Shown in pieces: positions 19,623 through 28,986 of a DNA stretch of 64,000 nucleotides. The translations under genes and the position numbers were made by a program. Source of the stretch: an uncultured Chloroflexia bacterium (lineage in GTDB: Bacteria; Chloroflexota; Dehalococcoidia; DSTF01; JALHUB01). The stretch spans positions 704,001-768,000 of the forward strand of contig OY969814.1 in the NCBI GenBank assembly GCA_963703345.1. The letters run 5' to 3'. Below the pieces are notes generated by a model. The model saw nothing but the letters and a program-made list of their open reading frames with translations, was not told the origin of the DNA and ran no database searches. The stretch's first letter is position 1. Every line of letters starts with the position of its first letter.

Positions 19623-20051
19623 GTGATGGGACCGGGAAAAGAAGGCGCAAACCAGGGTAAGGTACTGATTGTAGAGGATGATCCGGCCGTAACTAGGATC
19701 CTCAGAGTTTGTCTCCAGAACGTCGGCTTCGAGACAGCGCACGCAGAAACGGGCGGAGAAGCGCTCCAGAAGTTAGACGGCACGCCTTTCGACGCTGTCC
19801 TCCTTGATCTGGGTCTTCCTGACGGCCGCGGCGGAGACGTTCTCAAGAAGCTGCAGGCTGAACCGACAGATGGCTGCCCCGCCTGGGTCATCATATCGGC
19901 CCTCGACGAGGATGAGGCCGCTAGGCGCTATGGCCCCCTCAAGGGCGTCTACGTCCCCAAGCCCTTCGACCCCTGGGAGCTGATCCGCACGCTCCAGGGG
20001 CTCATTGCGCGTCGGCACGCCGCCGCGGACGAACCTCCTTCGGATACTTGA
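19623..20051 (+). CDS. Single-domain response regulator (paralog of 13420)
   Basis: KVLIVEDD, LLDLGLPD, PKPF; shares SALDEDEAARRYGPL with the 13420 protein. Confidence 0.88.
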   Translation: MMGPGKEGANQGKVLIVEDDPAVTRILRVCLQNVGFETAHAETGGEALQKLDGTPFDAVLLDLGLPDGRGGDVLKKLQAEPTDGCPAWVIISALDEDEAARRYGPLKGVYVPKPFDPWELIRTLQGLIARRHAAADEPPSDT

Positions 20052-20281
20052 CAGTTATGTTACTATTGTGATTGCCGTATTCGTTTGGGGTATAACGAAG
20101 TCTCTCCCCGCGTCTTCTGTTGTTCTAAGGCAAGGAACGGCTGAGAGCGATTTTTCCCCGTTAGGAAAGGCGTCCCAGGGTCCGGTGCCGGGCAGCGGTC
20201 TCGGCGGCAAGCAAGGGGCATTGAAAGGCCTTCCCGAAAACGCCGGCAAGCAAAGCAAACAGGCACGAAAGGTCGAATTAC

Positions 20282-20662
20282 TTGACAGAGCGCTCGCTTC
20301 AGTCGCCCCTTCGCCTCCTCAACGATGCGGCGCACATGCTGGAGTCGCTCGATGAGCCGCAAGCCCGCCTGGAGGGCATCGTGCGCCTTCTCGAGTGCCT
20401 CGTGCCCTGTGACGGCTGCGTCCTGCTGGAGGCCGCGAACGGCGATGAGCCGAGGTTCACGTTCCTGCCGAAGCCTGCAAACGGAGACCCCTCGACCCTA
20501 AAGGCTGCGATGACGCGCTGTCTCCAGATGATTGCCAGCGAAGGCTCGGGCCCGCTCACCGGCGAAACGACGCCCCAGATACCCTCCCGATCGCAGAGCC
20601 GGCGTCCGAAACGGCGGATGGATAGAGAGGCTTTCACAATCGCGCTGCGGCTGTTAACGTAG
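20282..20662 (+). CDS. Hypothetical protein, possible truncated GAF-domain fragment
   Basis: LRLLNDAAHMLESLDEPQARLEGIVRLLECLVPCDGCVLL resembles a GAF N-terminus; TTG start. Confidence 0.35.
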   Translation: MTERSLQSPLRLLNDAAHMLESLDEPQARLEGIVRLLECLVPCDGCVLLEAANGDEPRFTFLPKPANGDPSTLKAAMTRCLQMIASEGSGPLTGETTPQIPSRSQSRRPKRRMDREAFTIALRLLT

Positions 20663-20707
20663 ATTGTTAAGGCCGCGCCCACAGAGGGCGGGCCGATTGA
20701 AACAGGG

Positions 20708-23700
20708 ATGAGAAGAACACCAATGACCGAAGAACAAAAGCCGCCGGCGCGCCGGCGAGGCGGCGGGCAGTCAGCCGTCGCCGCACCACCTTCCGACGGC
20801 GCTGAGATGGAGCGCAGACAGGCGGAAATAGAGGCCCTCCTCGAATCGTCGCGGGCGGTTCTGAAACATCGCCAGTTCGCCGAGGCCGCGCGCGTGATAT
20901 TCGACCGCTGCAAAGCCCTCATCGGCGCCACCGCCGGCTACGTCGCCCTCCTGTCCTCCAAGCGCACGGAGAACGAGCTCGTATTCCTCGACGCCGGCGG
21001 CATTCCCTGCGATGTCAACCCCGACCTGCCCATGCCCATCCGCGGGCTGCGGGGGCAGGTCTACGAGAACGGCCGCGCCGCCTACGAGAACGATTTCGCC
21101 CATAGCCCGTGGCTGGACCTTCTGCCCGAGGGTCACGCGGCCCTGGACAACGTCTTGTTCGCGCCTCTGATCATCGAAGGCGCCACCGTAGGCCTGCTCG
21201 GAATCGCCAACAAGCCCGGAGGCTTCACTGAAGACGACCTCCGTTTAGCGACGGCCTTCGGTGAGCTGGCTGCGGTCGCCCTGGACAACAGCCGCACCCT
21301 GGGGGCCCTTCAGAGCGGCGAGCACCGCTTCCACTCCCTCGTCGAGACCGCGAGCGACGCCATCATCTGCGCGAACAGCGACGGCGAGATCATCCTCTGG
21401 AACCGCGGCGCCGAATCGATCTTCGGCTACACCGCGGCGGAGGCCGTTGGACAGCCGCTCACGTTCGTCATGCCGGAGCGGTTCCGCGACAAGCACCGGG
21501 AGGGATTCAGGCGTTTCCTCGCCACCAACCGGCCGCGCCTCATCGGCAAGACCGTCGAGATGACGGCCCTCCGCAAGGACGGCACGGAATTTCCCGCCGA
21601 GCTCTCCGTCACCACCTGGAACGCAAAGCAAGACAAGTTCTTCGGCAGCATCATCCGCGACATCAGCCAGCGCAAACAAGCCGAGAAGGCCCTGCGCGAG
21701 AGCGAGGAGCAGTACCGCCGCCTCGTTGAGAGCCTGCAGGAGGGCGTCTGGTCGCTCGATGAGCATCGGAAGGCCACATTCGTGAATCCGCGTATGGCGG
21801 AGATGCTCGGCTACCTTCCGAAGGAGATGATCGGGAAGAGCCAACTCGACTTCGCTGCCCCCGACAGCATCCGGCCCCTAGAAGACGCTTGGGAGCGCCG
21901 GCGACTCGGCGAGATGGAGCAGTTCGACGCCTCTTTCCTGAAGAAAGACGGCAGCCTTCGCCATTTCCGCATCTCCGCGATGCCGCTCTTCGACGACCAG
22001 CGGAAGTTCGTCGGCGCGGTGGACGCCATCACCGACGTAACGGAGCGCCGCGTCGCTAATCAGGCACTGCGCGAGAGCGAGGAGCAGTACCGCCTCCTGG
22101 CCGAGAACGCCACCGACGGCATCTACCGCTTCCGCCTCGACCCGCCCGGCTACGAGTACGTCAGCCCGGCCATGACAACGCTTTTCGGCTACGAGCGCGA
22201 GGAATGGCTGGCGGACCCGGACCTCGACCACAAGATCGTCCATGCCGATGACCAGGCGCTCATCGACAGGATGCACTCGGAGCCGGCTCAGTTCGTCGGG
22301 CCCATTATCCTGCGCTGCCGGCACAAAGACGGCCATCCCATCTGGATTGAGCACCACAACGCGCCCATCTTCGACGCCGGCGGCAAGCTGATTGCTACCC
22401 AGGGCATCGTGCGCGACGTGACCGGACGCATGCAATCGCTGGAGGACCTGGAGAAGCTCCGCAGCGAGTTCCTGGCCATGGTAACGCACGAGCTCAAGAC
22501 CCCCCTGGCCGCAATCAAAGGCTCCGCGGCCACCGCGCTCCACAGCCCGCGCCCGCTCGATCCGGAAGAAGGGCGGGAGCTATTCCAGATAATCGACGAG
22601 CAGTCGGACCGGCTGCGCGACCTCGCCGATAACCTCCTCGACATGAGCCGCATCGAGGCCGGCTCCCTCTCCGTCAAGCCCGAGCCAATCGATCTCGCCA
22701 CCGCAATCCAAGAGTCGCAATCGACGCTGGCGCGTGGCGGACGCTCCCAGCGCATCGACGTCGAGATGCCGGAGGGCATGCCGGCCGTTAACGCCGACAA
22801 GCGGCGCCTGGTGCAGGTGCTGACGAACCTCCTCACCAACGCCGCCAAGTTCTCGCCGGCCGCGTCGCCGATAACCATCAACGTCGAGCATGACGCCGTC
22901 CACGCCACCATTCGCGTCCGCGATCAGGGCCAGGGCATCGACCCGGCGAAGCTGCCGCTCCTCTTCCAGAAGTTCTCCCAACTCCACGACGCCGGCCGCG
23001 GTGCCGGGACCGGCCTGGGGCTGGCCATATGCAAGGGAATAGTCGAAGCCCACGGCGGCCGCATCTGGGCCGAGAGCGAGGGCGAAGGCAAGGGCGCAAC
23101 GTTCACCTTCACCCTGCCTGTGGCGGCCGAAAGCGCCGCCCGACCCGCCGCGGCTGCCGCCCCGGCGCATGCGCCTGCTGGCGTGCGCCGCGGCGAGAGA
23201 TTGCGCATCCTCGCCGTCGACGACGAGCTGCCCATCCTGCGCTACCTCCAGCACTCCCTCGACCAGGCCGGCTACCAGTGCATCGTTACCAGCGACCCGT
23301 CACAGGTCACCAGATTTGTGGAGATCGAACAGCCGGACCTCATCCTGCTGGACCTCCGCCTGCCCGGCGTCAGCGGCTTCGACCTGCTGGCGCGCATCCG
23401 CGAGTTCTCCGCCGCGCCCGTCATCTTCCTGACCGCCAGCGACAGCAGCGAGGACACCGTGCGGGCGCTGAAGATGGGCGCCGACGACTACGTGACCAAG
23501 CCCTTCGCGCCGTCGGAGCTGCTCGCCCGCATCGAGGCCGCGCTGCGACGTCGCTCCCTGCCGGGCGCCAGCGACTCGCGGCCGCCCTTTACCGTGAAGG
23601 ACCTGACGATCAACTTCGCCGAGCGACGCGTGATCCTCGACGGCCACGACATCTCGCTCTCAGCCACCGAGTACAAGCTTCTCTACGAGCTCGCCACCCA

Positions 23701-23884
23701 TGCCGGCCTGGTCCTCACCTTCGACCAGATCCTCCAGCGCGTCTGGGGCGCCGAATACGCCGGCGAGACGGAGCTCGTTCGCTCGTTCATCCGCAATCTC
23801 CGGCACAAGCTTAATGACGACGCCAAGAACCCGCGCTACATCCTCACGGAGCGGCAGATCGGCTACCGGATGGTAAGGGAATAG
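20708..23884 (+). CDS. Cytoplasmic hybrid regulator: GAF, 3 PAS, HisKA, HATPase, REC, OmpR-type winged helix
   Basis: VTHELKTPL (H-box), NLLTNAAKF, GTGLGLAI, LILLDLRLP, LSATEYKLL...RVWG...ILTERQIGY; no TM segment seen. Confidence 0.92.
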   Translation: MRRTPMTEEQKPPARRRGGGQSAVAAPPSDGAEMERRQAEIEALLESSRAVLKHRQFAEAARVIFDRCKALIGATAGYVALLSSKRTENELVFLDAGGIPCDVNPDLPMPIRGLRGQVYENGRAAYENDFAHSPWLDLLPEGHAALDNVLFAPLIIEGATVGLLGIANKPGGFTEDDLRLATAFGELAAVALDNSRTLGALQSGEHRFHSLVETASDAIICANSDGEIILWNRGAESIFGYTAAEAVGQPLTFVMPERFRDKHREGFRRFLATNRPRLIGKTVEMTALRKDGTEFPAELSVTTWNAKQDKFFGSIIRDISQRKQAEKALRESEEQYRRLVESLQEGVWSLDEHRKATFVNPRMAEMLGYLPKEMIGKSQLDFAAPDSIRPLEDAWERRRLGEMEQFDASFLKKDGSLRHFRISAMPLFDDQRKFVGAVDAITDVTERRVANQALRESEEQYRLLAENATDGIYRFRLDPPGYEYVSPAMTTLFGYEREEWLADPDLDHKIVHADDQALIDRMHSEPAQFVGPIILRCRHKDGHPIWIEHHNAPIFDAGGKLIATQGIVRDVTGRMQSLEDLEKLRSEFLAMVTHELKTPLAAIKGSAATALHSPRPLDPEEGRELFQIIDEQSDRLRDLADNLLDMSRIEAGSLSVKPEPIDLATAIQESQSTLARGGRSQRIDVEMPEGMPAVNADKRRLVQVLTNLLTNAAKFSPAASPITINVEHDAVHATIRVRDQGQGIDPAKLPLLFQKFSQLHDAGRGAGTGLGLAICKGIVEAHGGRIWAESEGEGKGATFTFTLPVAAESAARPAAAAAPAHAPAGVRRGERLRILAVDDELPILRYLQHSLDQAGYQCIVTSDPSQVTRFVEIEQPDLILLDLRLPGVSGFDLLARIREFSAAPVIFLTASDSSEDTVRALKMGADDYVTKPFAPSELLARIEAALRRRSLPGASDSRPPFTVKDLTINFAERRVILDGHDISLSATEYKLLYELATHAGLVLTFDQILQRVWGAEYAGETELVRSFIRNLRHKLNDDAKNPRYILTERQIGYRMVRE

Positions 23885-24194
23885 CCAGGAATCACCTCAC
23901 TACGTACTCGCGATAGCACTCCGGCTTGATTCCATCCAGACACTAGGAGGCGACCAGAAGTCGCCGTAGCGGTCGTCGCCTTTTGCGGCCGAAGCGTCGG
24001 TCGTAAAAGCATGTATCGGCGCTATGAGAAAGATGGCGTTCATTCACACTTCTTGCACGTAATTCAACGGGCCGTTCATACGCCGTGCATGCCCCGCGCC
24101 TAATATGAGACATGGTTTCGGGCTCCCCGAACCAGTCCGGTGAAGGAACAGCGGGCAAGGAAGAGGAACGCTGGGAGAGCGGAAAGGAGCAAGG

Positions 24195-24419
24195 ATGATG
24201 ATGTGGTTCAAAGCCTGCCCGCGCTGTCGCGGAGACTTGTTCTTGGACTCGGACTATTACGGACCGGCAGTATCCTGTATTCAATGCGGCCACACCCTCC
24301 AGGAGCCGCTCTCTGCAGCGCAGCCGTTTCGCTTCGCTGACAAACCGCCCGCCGCCATGCCTCCGACGAGGCTGAGCCTGAGCCTCTCCGCCTGCGAGAG
24401 AAAAGTCAGGGTAGCCTGA
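24195..24419 (+). CDS. Small zinc-ribbon protein (CPRC...CIQCG)
   Basis: AAGGAG RBS; MMMWFKACPRCRGDLFLDSDYYGPAVSCIQCG. Confidence 0.75.
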   Translation: MMMWFKACPRCRGDLFLDSDYYGPAVSCIQCGHTLQEPLSAAQPFRFADKPPAAMPPTRLSLSLSACERKVRVA

Positions 24420-24430
24420 GGGAGACGGCG

Positions 24431-24727
24431 ATGACTCATCGGAGACCGTGCGCCATCACTGCCGACGAGACAGTCGGCCGGACGGGGAAGCGTTCAGGCA
24501 GGGCCGGAAGAGAAGACCTCCTGCTGGCCTGCATATCGCTGGTGAAAGACGGCCGCAACTACGCTGAACCGGCCGATTTCGTCAGCGACGTCGCGTTGAC
24601 GTTCCAGGCCCTGACAGCCGGAACGTCGCAAGACGGCGATATCCAAGTATCCCCCGCGATGCCGGCGTCAATCATTTCAGGTCCAAACACGCTCGGGACC
24701 GGGCGCGACTGGCCGGTGGCAAGCTAG
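24431..24727 (+). CDS. Hypothetical protein
   Basis: GGGAGA RBS; 98-aa ORF in operon position. Confidence 0.5.
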   Translation: MTHRRPCAITADETVGRTGKRSGRAGREDLLLACISLVKDGRNYAEPADFVSDVALTFQALTAGTSQDGDIQVSPAMPASIISGPNTLGTGRDWPVAS

Positions 24728-24816
24728 TGCGGCGGGCTCTTCGGCCTATCCGGTGCTCGCCATCGTATGGCGTCAGTCACCCTGGAACAGGCCTGGTGCA
24801 AGGAAAGGAAACTAAG

Positions 24817-26334
24817 GTGCTCAGCTATACACGACCGGCTCTGCTTTCCCGACCGAGCGTCGCGGTCCCGCAGCAGCCGTTGCTGATCGTAAGCAATCGC
24901 GGTCCGGTCGAATACTACCACGACGCGACAGGCAGGTTGCGCCGGCGACAGGCCAGCGGTGGCGTCGCCAGCGCCCTCACCGCCGTCGCCAACTCGGCGC
25001 CGATTAGCTGGATCGCTAGCGCCGCCAGCGAAGCCGACCGCGAAGTCGCCCTGGCCGGCGCCGTCCTCGACGTCAACGAAGGCACGCAGCTCCGGCTTAT
25101 CGCGCCTCCCAGGGAAGCCTACGACCTTTATTACGGCACCTTTTGCAATCCCATACTCTGGTTCCTCCAGCATTCGATGTGGAATCGCCTGGACCGTCCC
25201 GATGCCCGCCGCGAGGCGCTTCACGCCTGGGAGCACGGCTACCTGCCCGTAAACCAGGCAATCGCCGAGGTCGCCGCCGGCGAGTTTCGCACCGGACGCA
25301 ACTGCGGCTCCATCATGCTGCACGATTACCACCTTTACGCGGCGCCGCTTTTCATTCGCAACCTTTGCCCCGGCGTCGCCCTTCAGCACTTCATCCATAT
25401 TCCCTGGCCCGGCCTCGAGGCCTGGCAGGACCTGCCGCGCCAGATCGTCGACTCCATCTGCGAAGGCCTGCTTGCCAACGACAGCGTCGTCTTCCAGACG
25501 GAGAAGTGGGCGCAGGACTTCCTTCTCACCTGCTGGGCGTTCTTCCCCAGCGCCCGCATCGACTTCACCGACGGCATCGTCACCTACCGCGGCCGGCGCA
25601 CGAAGGTTTCCGCGAACCCCATCTCCGTCAACGTCTTCGACCTGCGCAGCCAGCTCTCCTCGCCCGAAGCGCGACCCTATTTCCACAAACTGGCCGCGGA
25701 AACGGCCGAGAAGACGATCGTCCGCGTCGACCGCCTCGACCCCAGCAAGAACATCGACGCCGGCTTCCGCGCCTTCGACCTGCTGCTGCAATCGCATCCT
25801 GAGTGGACCGGGCGCGTGCGCCTGCTTTCCTTCCTCGTGCCGTCACGCGGGGCCGTCCCTGAGTACCGTTCCTACGCCGAGGAAGTCTTCGCCCTCGCGG
25901 ACGAGATAAACGCGCGTCACGGCACGAAGAGCTGGACGCCCATCAAGCTGTTCTACGAGCACAACCGTCTGCAAGCGCTGGTCGCCCTCAGTCTGTACGA
26001 CGTACTCATGGTGAACCCGCTCGTCGACGGCATGAGCCTCGTTTCCAAAGAGGGGCCCGTGCTGAACCGGCGCGACGGCGCGCTCGTACTCTCCGAAGCG
26101 GCGGGCTCATTCGAGGAGCTGCGCGGCGGCGCAATCGGCGTCTGCCCGGAGGACGTGGAGGCCACGGCCGATGCCCTGCACACGGCGCTCACCCTCCCGG
26201 AAGGCGAACGCCGCGAGCGTGCCGCCCTCCTGCGACGTGCCGTCCTCAAGCACGATATCGGACGCTGGCTCCAGGTCCAGCTCGAAGACCTGGCGTCTAT
26301 CGATGACACCAAACCTGCACCTGCTGCGGCGTGA
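24817..26334 (+). CDS. Trehalose-6-phosphate synthase-like glycosyltransferase (GT20, OtsA/GgpS family)
   Basis: IVSNRGP, HDYHLY, HFIHIPWP, RVDRLDPSKN, DGMSLVSKE, LVLSEAAG; GTG start at 24817 after an AAGGAAAGGA RBS. Confidence 0.9.
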   Translation: MLSYTRPALLSRPSVAVPQQPLLIVSNRGPVEYYHDATGRLRRRQASGGVASALTAVANSAPISWIASAASEADREVALAGAVLDVNEGTQLRLIAPPREAYDLYYGTFCNPILWFLQHSMWNRLDRPDARREALHAWEHGYLPVNQAIAEVAAGEFRTGRNCGSIMLHDYHLYAAPLFIRNLCPGVALQHFIHIPWPGLEAWQDLPRQIVDSICEGLLANDSVVFQTEKWAQDFLLTCWAFFPSARIDFTDGIVTYRGRRTKVSANPISVNVFDLRSQLSSPEARPYFHKLAAETAEKTIVRVDRLDPSKNIDAGFRAFDLLLQSHPEWTGRVRLLSFLVPSRGAVPEYRSYAEEVFALADEINARHGTKSWTPIKLFYEHNRLQALVALSLYDVLMVNPLVDGMSLVSKEGPVLNRRDGALVLSEAAGSFEELRGGAIGVCPEDVEATADALHTALTLPEGERRERAALLRRAVLKHDIGRWLQVQLEDLASIDDTKPAPAAA

Positions 26335-26385
26335 GTGAGCAGGGAAGCTCATTCCGCCGCATTACTGCTGACATAAAGGAGGCAC

Positions 26386-26586
26386 ATGATGAAGCCAAGC
26401 TGGAACACCCGAGCAAGGTGCCCGCGCTGTCACGGCAACCTCGGCCTGGAATACGATCCGCCGGGAAGCTGGGATGTCGTCTGTCTGCAATGCGGATTCC
26501 GGCGCGTCGCGGTCAACCAGCTCCGATCCGTTGACAGCCGCGCTCTCTTCGAAACACAATCGATGCGCGGGGAGAAGGCGGCCTGA
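26386..26586 (+). CDS. Small zinc-ribbon protein (CPRC...CLQCG)
   Basis: AAGGAGG RBS; CPRCHGNLGLEYD...CLQCG. Confidence 0.75.
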   Translation: MMKPSWNTRARCPRCHGNLGLEYDPPGSWDVVCLQCGFRRVAVNQLRSVDSRALFETQSMRGEKAA

Positions 26587-26626
26587 TCCGCTGTCTTCGC
26601 GACCTCGCTAGTAAGGGGAATCGCGA

Positions 26627-27091
26627 GTGCCTACGAAGCGAGAGGAGCTCGAGTGGCATGAGAATGCCTACCGCGAGGTCCGCTCGCTCGTCGATTCAAT
26701 CGAAGAGCCCCGCTTCGAGGAGCCGTGGCTCGACGGCCGCTGGGGCGTCCGCGAGATCGTCGCCCACCTCGCTGGCTGGCATCGGGAGATGGGCGCAGGG
26801 CTGGAGCGCATGACCCGCGGCGAACGGCCCACGCGCGAAGGCGTCGACTGGAGCGACGTCCAGGCCTGGAACGACCGTTTCGCCCGCGAGGCGCAGGGCA
26901 AGAGCAAGGCCGATGTGCTGCGGGAGTTCGACGCAGCGGTCGCCCGCTTCCGCGAGTTCGGCGCTCAACTGCCCGAAGAGCGCTTCGGGCCCGGCAAAAC
27001 GGCGAACGGCATAATCGAAGGAGCGGGCACCAACCATTTTCGCGAGCACATGGCTATGATCAATAGCTGGCTGGTTCGACAGCCGGCCTGA
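26627..27091 (+). CDS. DinB/YfiT-like four-helix metalloprotein (ClbS/DfsB-like)
   Basis: WGVREIVAHLAGW and NHFREH motifs. Confidence 0.8.
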   Translation: MPTKREELEWHENAYREVRSLVDSIEEPRFEEPWLDGRWGVREIVAHLAGWHREMGAGLERMTRGERPTREGVDWSDVQAWNDRFAREAQGKSKADVLREFDAAVARFREFGAQLPEERFGPGKTANGIIEGAGTNHFREHMAMINSWLVRQPA

Positions 27092-27141
27092 AAAGCAGAA
27101 TCGCCCGTAGGGCAACTGCAGGAAAGGAGGGAACCCCCCTA

Positions 27142-27714
27142 GTGTACGAGGCAAAGGACTACTCTCGTCTCATCGGCATGGACGGCTTCAGCGAGACCCT
27201 GCTGAAGAACCACTTCACCCTCTACCAGGGCTACGTCACCAACACCAACAAGCTCCGCGATTCCCTTGCCCAGATGGCGAAGGAGAGCAAGCACGCCACG
27301 CCTGAATACGCCGAGCTAAAGCGCCGCCTCGGCTTCGAATGGGACGGCATGCGACTGCACGAGTACTACTTCGAGAACCTCGGCGGCAAAGGCGACCTGT
27401 CGCAATCGCAGAAGCTCGCCCAGGCGGTCGCGTCCGACTTCGGCGGCTTCGAGGCCTGGCTGGCCGACTTCAAAGGCGTCGGTGCCATGCGCGGCATCGG
27501 CTGGGCCATCCTCTACCGCGACGGCGCCTCGGGCGCCCTCATCAACCAGTGGATCAACGAGCACCAGAACAACCACCTGGCCGGCTGCATGCCCATCCTG
27601 GTGATGGACGTCTTTGAGCACGCCTACATGCTCGACTATGGCCTCAAGCGCGCTGACTACATCGAAGCATTCCTGCGAAACGTCGACCGCGGCGTCGTGG
27701 AGAGCCGCCTGTAG
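27142..27714 (+). CDS. Fe/Mn superoxide dismutase (short, ChrC-like type)
   Basis: NHFTLY, LHEYYFENL, GIGWAIL, MDVFEHAY metal-ligand motifs. Confidence 0.92.
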   Translation: MYEAKDYSRLIGMDGFSETLLKNHFTLYQGYVTNTNKLRDSLAQMAKESKHATPEYAELKRRLGFEWDGMRLHEYYFENLGGKGDLSQSQKLAQAVASDFGGFEAWLADFKGVGAMRGIGWAILYRDGASGALINQWINEHQNNHLAGCMPILVMDVFEHAYMLDYGLKRADYIEAFLRNVDRGVVESRL

Positions 27715-27776
27715 CAATCCCGCCTGCTCTCGACGCTCTGCATTGGGGGGAACAGAAAGCGCTTTGGAGGTGATAC

Positions 27777-28142
27777 GTGAGACGCACAATCGTGCACTTC
27801 GAGATCCCAGCGAATGACCCCGAGAAACTCGCTTCATTCTATCGCAGCGTCTTCGAGTGGAAGATCGAGAAGGACGCCGCGATGGACTACTGGCTCATCC
27901 GCACCGGCGACGACGAAGGTGGGCCGAACGGCGGCATGATGGCCAGGATGGAGGGATGGCAATGCCCGCTCAACTACATCGGCGTGGAATCCGTTGACGA
28001 CTTCTCGAAGAAGGTGACCTCGCTGGGCGGGCAGGTCATGATGGAGAAACGTCCGGTGCCGACGATGGGCTGGTTCGCGGTCTGCCAGGACCCGGACGGA
28101 AACCCGTTCGCCCTGTGGGAGATGGACACAAACGCCGCTTAG
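27777..28142 (+). CDS. VOC/glyoxalase family protein
   Basis: IVHFEIPANDP, FYRSVFEW, QDPDGNPFALWE. Confidence 0.9.
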   Translation: MRRTIVHFEIPANDPEKLASFYRSVFEWKIEKDAAMDYWLIRTGDDEGGPNGGMMARMEGWQCPLNYIGVESVDDFSKKVTSLGGQVMMEKRPVPTMGWFAVCQDPDGNPFALWEMDTNAA

Positions 28143-28221
28143 GCGCGTCTATCCGAGGAACAGACGGTCAGAAAGGATTCGACCTCGTCGATAGAGCTGG
28201 GGGCTACGGGTAGGAAGCCTG

Positions 28222-28422
28222 CTAGCCCCTGGTCGTTGCCCTAGCTATCCGCTTGCGCGCCCGACGCGTCGCCTTCGCCTTCGCGAGACGTCGCACTTCC
28301 GACTTCGAGATGAAGTGACGCCTCTTCTTAATCTCCCTTAGCACCCCGTTTCGCTGCATCGTCTGCCGGAAACGGGATAGCAAATGTTCCTGAGTTTCGC
28401 CGTCTCTGAGCTCTACGAACAA
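28222..28422 (-). CDS. rpsU: 30S ribosomal protein bS21
   Basis: TTG start at 28422 after AAGGGA; VELRDGETQEHLLSRFRQTMQRNGVLREIKKRRHFISKSEVRR. Confidence 0.85.
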   Translation of the reverse strand: MFVELRDGETQEHLLSRFRQTMQRNGVLREIKKRRHFISKSEVRRLAKAKATRRARKRIARATTRG

Positions 28423-28435
28423 ATGCGGTCCCTTC

Positions 28436-28762
28436 TTAGAATCGCTCTGGCCTGCTCGGAGAGCGGCGCGAGAAGCAATCGAAACAGTAGACGGGGCGGT
28501 CTCCCCGCGGCTCGAACGGGACCTCGGTAGCCTGGCCGCACTCGGCGCAGACCGCCGGGAACATCTGCCGTCGTCCACCGCCGGCGGAGCTCCCGCCGCC
28601 GCGCGACCCGCCTCGTTCCGCCTTCCGCGCCGACCGGCAAGTCGGGCAGCGCTTCGGCTCATTCGTAAAGCCGCGGCTCGCGTGGTACTCCTGGTCCTCT
28701 GCCGTGAACGTGAATGTTGCGCCGCAATCGACGCACGTTAGATCTCTGTCGGTGTAAGGCAC
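28436..28762 (-). CDS. Zinc-ribbon / CxxC-x17-CxxC domain protein
   Basis: DRDLTCVDCG..FTFTAEDQ...NEPKRCPTCR and MFPAVCAECG..VPFEP..RPVYCFDCF. Confidence 0.9.
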   Translation of the reverse strand: MPYTDRDLTCVDCGATFTFTAEDQEYHASRGFTNEPKRCPTCRSARKAERGGSRGGGSSAGGGRRQMFPAVCAECGQATEVPFEPRGDRPVYCFDCFSRRSPSRPERF

Positions 28763-28986
28763 TCGACGACCTCCTTCTGCTGAACTTCCTTGTCATCGAG
28801 TGCGAGCGAAATGGGGGACCCTTCGCGACGACTGAAGACGCGGAAATCTGACCAATCGAAGGTAGTTTATCATACAAGCCAGGAACTGACAATACGACGG
28901 ACCTGGCAAACCCTTCCTCTCAATGGTTCGGCTGCTCGGCCCGGTTCTTGAGGGTGCTTGAGAATGCGAATCGCGGCAAATTCGCT

